Origin: Gammaproteobacteria bacterium
Lineage (GTDB): Bacteria; Pseudomonadota; Gammaproteobacteria; JABABF01
Assembly (NCBI GenBank): GCA_965237805.1
Contig: OZ250153.1
Coordinates: 288,001-352,000, forward strand
Length of the DNA: 64,000 bases
Direction of reading: 5' to 3'
In this document: one piece after another, positions 59,359 to 64,000 of the stretch
Numbering within the stretch: position 1 is the first letter of the stretch
How the letters are laid out: each line of letters starts with the position of its first letter
The notes under the pieces: model-generated
What the model was told of the DNA's origin: nothing
What the model saw: only the letters and a program-made list of their open reading frames with translations
The model's database searches: none
Program-made: the position numbers and the translations under genes

Positions 59359-61971
59359 TCAGGCACTGTCACCCAAATGGAAAGCGCCGTCGCGCCAATC
59401 GACGCGCAACTGCGTTCCGGACGGCGGCTCATCGGCCAACAGGCGCTGCGAGAGCACACGCTCGAGCTCGCGGCGCAATACGCGTTGCAAGGGTCTCGCA
59501 CCGAAAGCCGGATCATAGCCCTGCTCCAGCAATTGTGCGCGCGCCGCAGCGCTCAATTCTAAGGTCAAACCACGTGCGGCCAAACGCTCTCCGAGCAGCC
59601 GCAATTGGCGATCGATGATGCCCTCTAAATGCTCTCGACGCAGCGAATGGAACACCACGATCTCATCGATGCGGTTGATCAATTCGGGACGAAAATAGCG
59701 GCGCAGCTCGGCCATCAGCGCAGGGCTCTCACGTCCGTCACCAGCAGGCGGTGCCGATGAATCTCCCAGTTCTACCGTCGGCACATCACCATCCTCATCG
59801 TCGATATCGGTGCCGGTACCGATATTCGATGTCATGACAATCACCGTGTGACGGAAATCAACCGTGCGCCCATGGCCATCTGTCAGGCGGCCATCGTCCA
59901 ACACTTGCAACAAGATATTGGACACATCGGGGTGCGCTTTCTCGATCTCGTCGAGCAGCACAACCGCGTATGGGTGCCGTCGCACGGCTTCGGTCAAAGC
60001 GCCGCCCTCCTCGTAGCCGACATAGCCTGGCGGGGCGCCGATCAGCCGCGACACCGAATGTTTTTCCATATATTCAGACATGTCGATGCGCAGCATCGCG
60101 CTGTCGCTGTCAAATAAAAAGCTGGCCAAGGCTCGGCACAATTCGGTCTTGCCGACCCCGGTCGGCCCCAAAAACAGAAAAGATCCATTGGGACGCTGCG
60201 CATCGGACAAACCGGCACGGGCACGGCGCACGGCATCGGCGACCGCGGCCAAGGCGTGCTCTTGGCCGACCACCCGCTCGCGCAATGCCGCTTCCATCTG
60301 CAGCAATTTTTCACGTTCGCCACGCAACATACGGGTCACCGGAATACCGGTCCAACGCGAGACCACTATGGCGATGTCCTCCTCGGTGACGCGGGTGCTG
60401 AGCAAGCGCCGCCGCGGCTCTTCCGCGCCTTCGCCAGCACGCAGTTCGGCCTCCAGTCCTGGCATGATGCCGTGCTGAAGGCGCGCCATTTCCGATAGAT
60501 CCGCACGCCGGCGGGCGGCGTCGAAATCGACGCGGGCGCTCTCCAGTTCGGTGCGCAGACGCTGGCTTTCACGCAAGCTTGCCACCTCGCGTTGCCACTC
60601 CGCTTCCAGCTCTCCGCTCTCGCCTTCCAAGCGGGCGATCTGCTCGTCGAGCTGGCGCAGGGAATCTCCCCCCTGTTCGCTCTCATCGCTGCCCACTGCC
60701 TCGCGTTCCATCTTCAGCTGCTCGAGGTGCCGTTGCAGCTGATCGAGCGGATCGGGACGGGAGTCAATCTCGACCCGCAGGCGGCTGGCCGCCTCGTCGA
60801 CTAAATCGATGGCTTTGTCTGGCAATTTGCGGTCGCTGATATAGCGTTGGGACAAACGCACCGAGGCCAGTAGCGCCTCATCGCTGATGGTGATGCCGTG
60901 ATGCACTTCGTAGCGCTCTTTCAAACCGCGCATGATGGCCACGGCATCTTCCTCGCCCGGCTCCTGCACCAAAATCTTCTGGAAGCGGCGCTCCAGCGCC
61001 GCATCTTTTTCCAAATGCTCTCGATACTCGTCCAAGGTGGTGGCACCGATACAACGCAATTCGCCACGTGCCAGCGCGGGCTTGAGCATATTGCCAGCAT
61101 CGATCGCGCCCTCGGCGCGACCGGCACCGACCATGGTGTGCAACTCGTCGATGAACAACACCACGCCACCGCGCTCGCGAGCAAGCTCTTGTAGCACTGA
61201 ACGCAAGCGCTCTTCGAAATCGCCACGATATTTGGCCCCCGCTAACAGCGCCCCCAGATCCAGTGCCAGCAGACGCCGCCCGCGCAGGCCAGTTGGCACC
61301 TCGTCGTTGACAATACGCTGCGCCAAGCCCTCGGCGATGGCCGTCTTGCCGACACCGGCCTCGCCGATGAGAACCGGATTGTTCTTGGTGCGCCGCTGCA
61401 ATACTTGGATGGTGCGGCGGATCTCCTCATCGCGACCGATCACTGGATCCAATTCACCAACACGCGCCCGAGCTGTCAGGTCGGTGGTATAACGCTCCAG
61501 CGCTTGGCGTTGCTCCTCGGCCTCCGGACCATCGACCGTGCGTCCGGCACGCGCCGCTTCCAGCTCGCGCTCCAAGCTGTGTTCGCTGAGACCCGCCGCC
61601 ACCAGTGCCGCCGCCAGCTCGCCGCCGCCACGCAGAGCGGCCGCCAATACCAGCTCGCTGGATAGATAGCCATCGCCACGCTTGGCGGCATCCTGTCCCG
61701 CCACTTGCAGCAACTGCCGCAACGCCGCATCCGGCTCCAAGTGCTGCGCTGGCGCACCCAGCTGGGACAGTTGGCTAAACAGCGCCTCCATACGCTGCGC
61801 CAACAGCACGCAATCGCCTCCAGCCGCAGCCAACAGTCGGCCACTAGGGGTCTGTGACGCGGCCAGCGCCCATAGTAGATGCGCCGGACTGAGCGCGGCG
61901 TGATGGCGCTCAACCGCCGCCGTGTGGGCACGATTGAAAGCGTCTTGCAAGCTGCTGGTGAAAGCGTCCAT
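59359..61971 (-). CDS. clpB: ATP-dependent chaperone ClpB
   Basis: [21 protein letters not shown], coiled-coil middle domain, [16 protein letters not shown]. Confidence 0.96.
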   Translation of the reverse strand: MDAFTSSLQDAFNRAHTAAVERHHAALSPAHLLWALAASQTPSGRLLAAAGGDCVLLAQRMEALFSQLSQLGAPAQHLEPDAALRQLLQVAGQDAAKRGDGYLSSELVLAAALRGGGELAAALVAAGLSEHSLERELEAARAGRTVDGPEAEEQRQALERYTTDLTARARVGELDPVIGRDEEIRRTIQVLQRRTKNNPVLIGEAGVGKTAIAEGLAQRIVNDEVPTGLRGRRLLALDLGALLAGAKYRGDFEERLRSVLQELARERGGVVLFIDELHTMVGAGRAEGAIDAGNMLKPALARGELRCIGATTLDEYREHLEKDAALERRFQKILVQEPGEEDAVAIMRGLKERYEVHHGITISDEALLASVRLSQRYISDRKLPDKAIDLVDEAASRLRVEIDSRPDPLDQLQRHLEQLKMEREAVGSDESEQGGDSLRQLDEQIARLEGESGELEAEWQREVASLRESQRLRTELESARVDFDAARRRADLSEMARLQHGIMPGLEAELRAGEGAEEPRRRLLSTRVTEEDIAIVVSRWTGIPVTRMLRGEREKLLQMEAALRERVVGQEHALAAVADAVRRARAGLSDAQRPNGSFLFLGPTGVGKTELCRALASFLFDSDSAMLRIDMSEYMEKHSVSRLIGAPPGYVGYEEGGALTEAVRRHPYAVVLLDEIEKAHPDVSNILLQVLDDGRLTDGHGRTVDFRHTVIVMTSNIGTGTDIDDEDGDVPTVELGDSSAPPAGDGRESPALMAELRRYFRPELINRIDEIVVFHSLRREHLEGIIDRQLRLLGERLAARGLTLELSAAARAQLLEQGYDPAFGARPLQRVLRRELERVLSQRLLADEPPSGTQLRVDWRDGAFHLGDSA

Positions 61972-62035
61972 CAGGGTGTCGCGTGCCGCAAAACTAGTCC
62001 TATATAGGAATATATGATGCTCAACAGCCTATAAA

Positions 62036-62746
62036 TCAAGTCCCCGGTAGCGCCGCTGGCCCCTGCCGCCAAATCGCCACCACATTGCGCCCACTCTGCG
62101 CACCATCGCGGCGCACAGAGTGCCAACGGCGATCGCTCCAACAGCACAGGCCGCTGTCGTAGATGGTGGCAAGGCCGCGCCGCTGTAGCCAATGGCAAGC
62201 CAAAGCACGCAATTCCAGTTGCCAGCGGCCAGCGCCCACCGGTTCGAAAAAATCCTCGGCACCGTCTAATGATGCGAGAGCTCGATGCACATCCTCACCG
62301 ACCGGATAATGGGCACCGCCGATGGCGGGGCCGATCCAAGCGATCAACTGGCCAGCCGGTGCTTTAAAGGCATCCACGGCGGCGGCCAACACACCGGCGG
62401 CGAGGCCACGCCAACCGGCATGCACCGCCGCCACCTCAGCCCCAGAGCGATCACAAAGCAACAGTGGCAGGCAATCGGCCGCCACCACCGCGCAGACCTC
62501 ACCCGGTGCGGTGGTGTAGGTAATGTCGCCCTCGCGACGCGCCGTAGACTGCGCATTGAGACTGGCAATCTGAGCACCGTGGCGCTGGCGTGGCAGCCGC
62601 AACGGCAATGGCAGCGCGTCGGGAATAGCCGCACCGGGTTGCTCCCCTAGGGCGCTGGCGAAACACAGCGAGTGCACCCCATCAGGCTGCGCCCAGTCGG
62701 GGTACAACACCGCCCCCACCGACTCAAGCTGTCGCGCCACCAGCAT
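62036..62746 (-). CDS. pgeF: Peptidoglycan editing factor PgeF / YfiH
   Basis: QRHG, ADCLPLL, AVHAGWRGL, AWIGPAIG, SVRRDG..GR; between rluD and clpB. Confidence 0.9.
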   Translation of the reverse strand: MLVARQLESVGAVLYPDWAQPDGVHSLCFASALGEQPGAAIPDALPLPLRLPRQRHGAQIASLNAQSTARREGDITYTTAPGEVCAVVAADCLPLLLCDRSGAEVAAVHAGWRGLAAGVLAAAVDAFKAPAGQLIAWIGPAIGGAHYPVGEDVHRALASLDGAEDFFEPVGAGRWQLELRALACHWLQRRGLATIYDSGLCCWSDRRWHSVRRDGAQSGRNVVAIWRQGPAALPGT

Positions 62747-63695
62747 CCACCGCCAACAATTCGGTCAAGCCAAGCAGATCGTCGGGCAGCGGGCGCTGCC
62801 ATTGTCTGTATTCGCCAGTTGCCGGGTGTGCCAAGCCCAGCAGCTCGGCGTGTAGCGCCTGTCGCCCGCTTTGCGACAGCCGCTCCCGCAACGCCTCAGC
62901 GGCCGCTGGCGGAAAGCGTGGGCGCGCACCGTAGAGAGCATCGCCGACCAACGGATAGCCAATATGGCTCAGATGCACCCGGATCTGGTGTGTGCGCCCC
63001 GTCTCCAAACGCACCCGCAGCAGGCTGTGATAGCGATAGCGCCGCAACACGCGGTAGTGACTGCGCGCCGCTCGACCGTCACCCCGTACCGCCATACGCA
63101 GGCGATGACGCGGGTGTCGCCCGATCGGTGCATCCACCGAGCCGCCGCCGCTGGGCACGCCATTGACAATGGCCAAGTACTCGCGCCGTATGCTGCGGGC
63201 TGCCAGTTGCGCCACCAGCGATCTCTGGGCCAGCGGACTGCGGGCCACCACCAACAGCCCACTGGTATCGCGATCCAAGCGGTGCACCAAGCCCGCACGC
63301 GGCAGCTGGAACAATTCCGGGTAACGCGCCAACAGTGCATTGGCCAGCGTGTCCTCAGCGTGTCCCGCAGCCGGGTGCACCACAAGACCACTGGCCTTGT
63401 CGAGCACAATCATGTGCTCGTCTTCGTACTCCACATGCAGTGCGCCCGGCAACTCCACCGCCCGCCATGCCGCGACACCGGCGGCGGGTGCTGGCGGCGG
63501 TGGGCACAGACACAGCACCGCTCCCACCGCCAACACCGTGCGCGGCTTGACCGGGCTACCGTCCACCGTCAGCACCCCATCGCGGATCCATCGTTGCAGG
63601 CAATTACGAGAATAGTCTGGAAATAGCACCGCCGCCGCACGATCCAAACGCTGCCCCGCCAATGCTGGCGGCAATTCTGCACGCAGCTCGGACAT
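62724..63695 (-). CDS. rluD: 23S rRNA pseudouridine synthase RluD
   Basis: GQRLD...FPDYSR, GLVVHPAAG, VHRLDRDTSGL, LETGRTHQIRVH, RQALHA. Confidence 0.96.
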   Translation of the reverse strand: MSELRAELPPALAGQRLDRAAAVLFPDYSRNCLQRWIRDGVLTVDGSPVKPRTVLAVGAVLCLCPPPPAPAAGVAAWRAVELPGALHVEYEDEHMIVLDKASGLVVHPAAGHAEDTLANALLARYPELFQLPRAGLVHRLDRDTSGLLVVARSPLAQRSLVAQLAARSIRREYLAIVNGVPSGGGSVDAPIGRHPRHRLRMAVRGDGRAARSHYRVLRRYRYHSLLRVRLETGRTHQIRVHLSHIGYPLVGDALYGARPRFPPAAAEALRERLSQSGRQALHAELLGLAHPATGEYRQWQRPLPDDLLGLTELLAVDAGGATA

Positions 63696-63729
63696 GTCGG
63701 CAACCGTTGTGTTAAAGTCTGTCCTCGAC

Positions 63730-64000
63730 ATGGATTTACACCATCACCCCACTGCGTTACTGGTTTGTTGCGCACTCAGCGCCACGCTGTCGCTGGGCTC
63801 ATGCGCCTACTTCAAAGGCAAGGAAGAGAAGCGCACCGAGCTGGCAGCCAACCAGCAACAACTAGTTTACCAAGAGGCACGGCGATTGCTGGAGCGCGCA
63901 CGCTACAGCGATAGCATCCTCCGTTTGCAAGCGCTGCTCAGCAACTTTCCCTCAGGCCCCTATGCAGAGCAGGCACAACTCGATTTGGCCTACGCCCAAT
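63730..64000 (+). CDS. bamD: Outer membrane assembly lipoprotein BamD (partial, runs off the window)
   Basis: Own translation: MDLHHHPTALLVCCALSATLSLGSC (lipobox)...YQEARR...FPSGPYAEQAQLDLAYA; divergent from rluD. Confidence 0.9.
   Translation, partial: MDLHHHPTALLVCCALSATLSLGSCAYFKGKEEKRTELAANQQQLVYQEARRLLERARYSDSILRLQALLSNFPSGPYAEQAQLDLAYAQ

Overview
High-GC gammaproteobacterial chromosome segment with Pseudomonadales-like core synteny (lepA-lepB-rnc-era-recO-acpS; lysC-csrA-tRNA-Ser/tRNA-Arg; rpsP-rimM-trmD-rplS-xerD-dsbC-hom-thrC-recJ; scpA-scpB-rluB; gltX-tRNA-Ala; ilvIH; bamD/rluD-pgeF-clpB). Accessory content: (1) a complete coenzyme F420 operon (npdG-cofE-cofD-cofC-fbiC) with two LLM-class oxidoreductases, three SnoaL/NTF2 proteins, a CYP136-like P450 and other enzymes resembling actinobacterial lipid/sterol catabolism; (2) two TPR proteins 10 kb apart sharing an N-terminal RIVxAWxDNDY domain, one carrying ten near-identical 141-bp repeats; (3) an MNIO (DUF692)/DUF2063 RiPP operon whose secreted precursor has acidic EGSCGEGxC motifs, transcribed divergently from a YHYH protein; (4) an unannotated 27-aa Lys/Arg-rich ORF with its own RBS; (5) gene remnants (an internally deleted P450 and a probable RelA/SpoT-family C-terminal fragment). 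Single-base homopolymer frameshifts in recJ and the TPR gene, plus indels in the rpsP tail, may be assembly errors. Tight gene packing, divergent core motifs, local loss of the rpoE module and TPR arrays suggest a host-associated (possibly sponge) symbiont; this is inference only. No CRISPR array, transposase or prophage was seen. All family calls come from motif recognition by eye, not from database searches.
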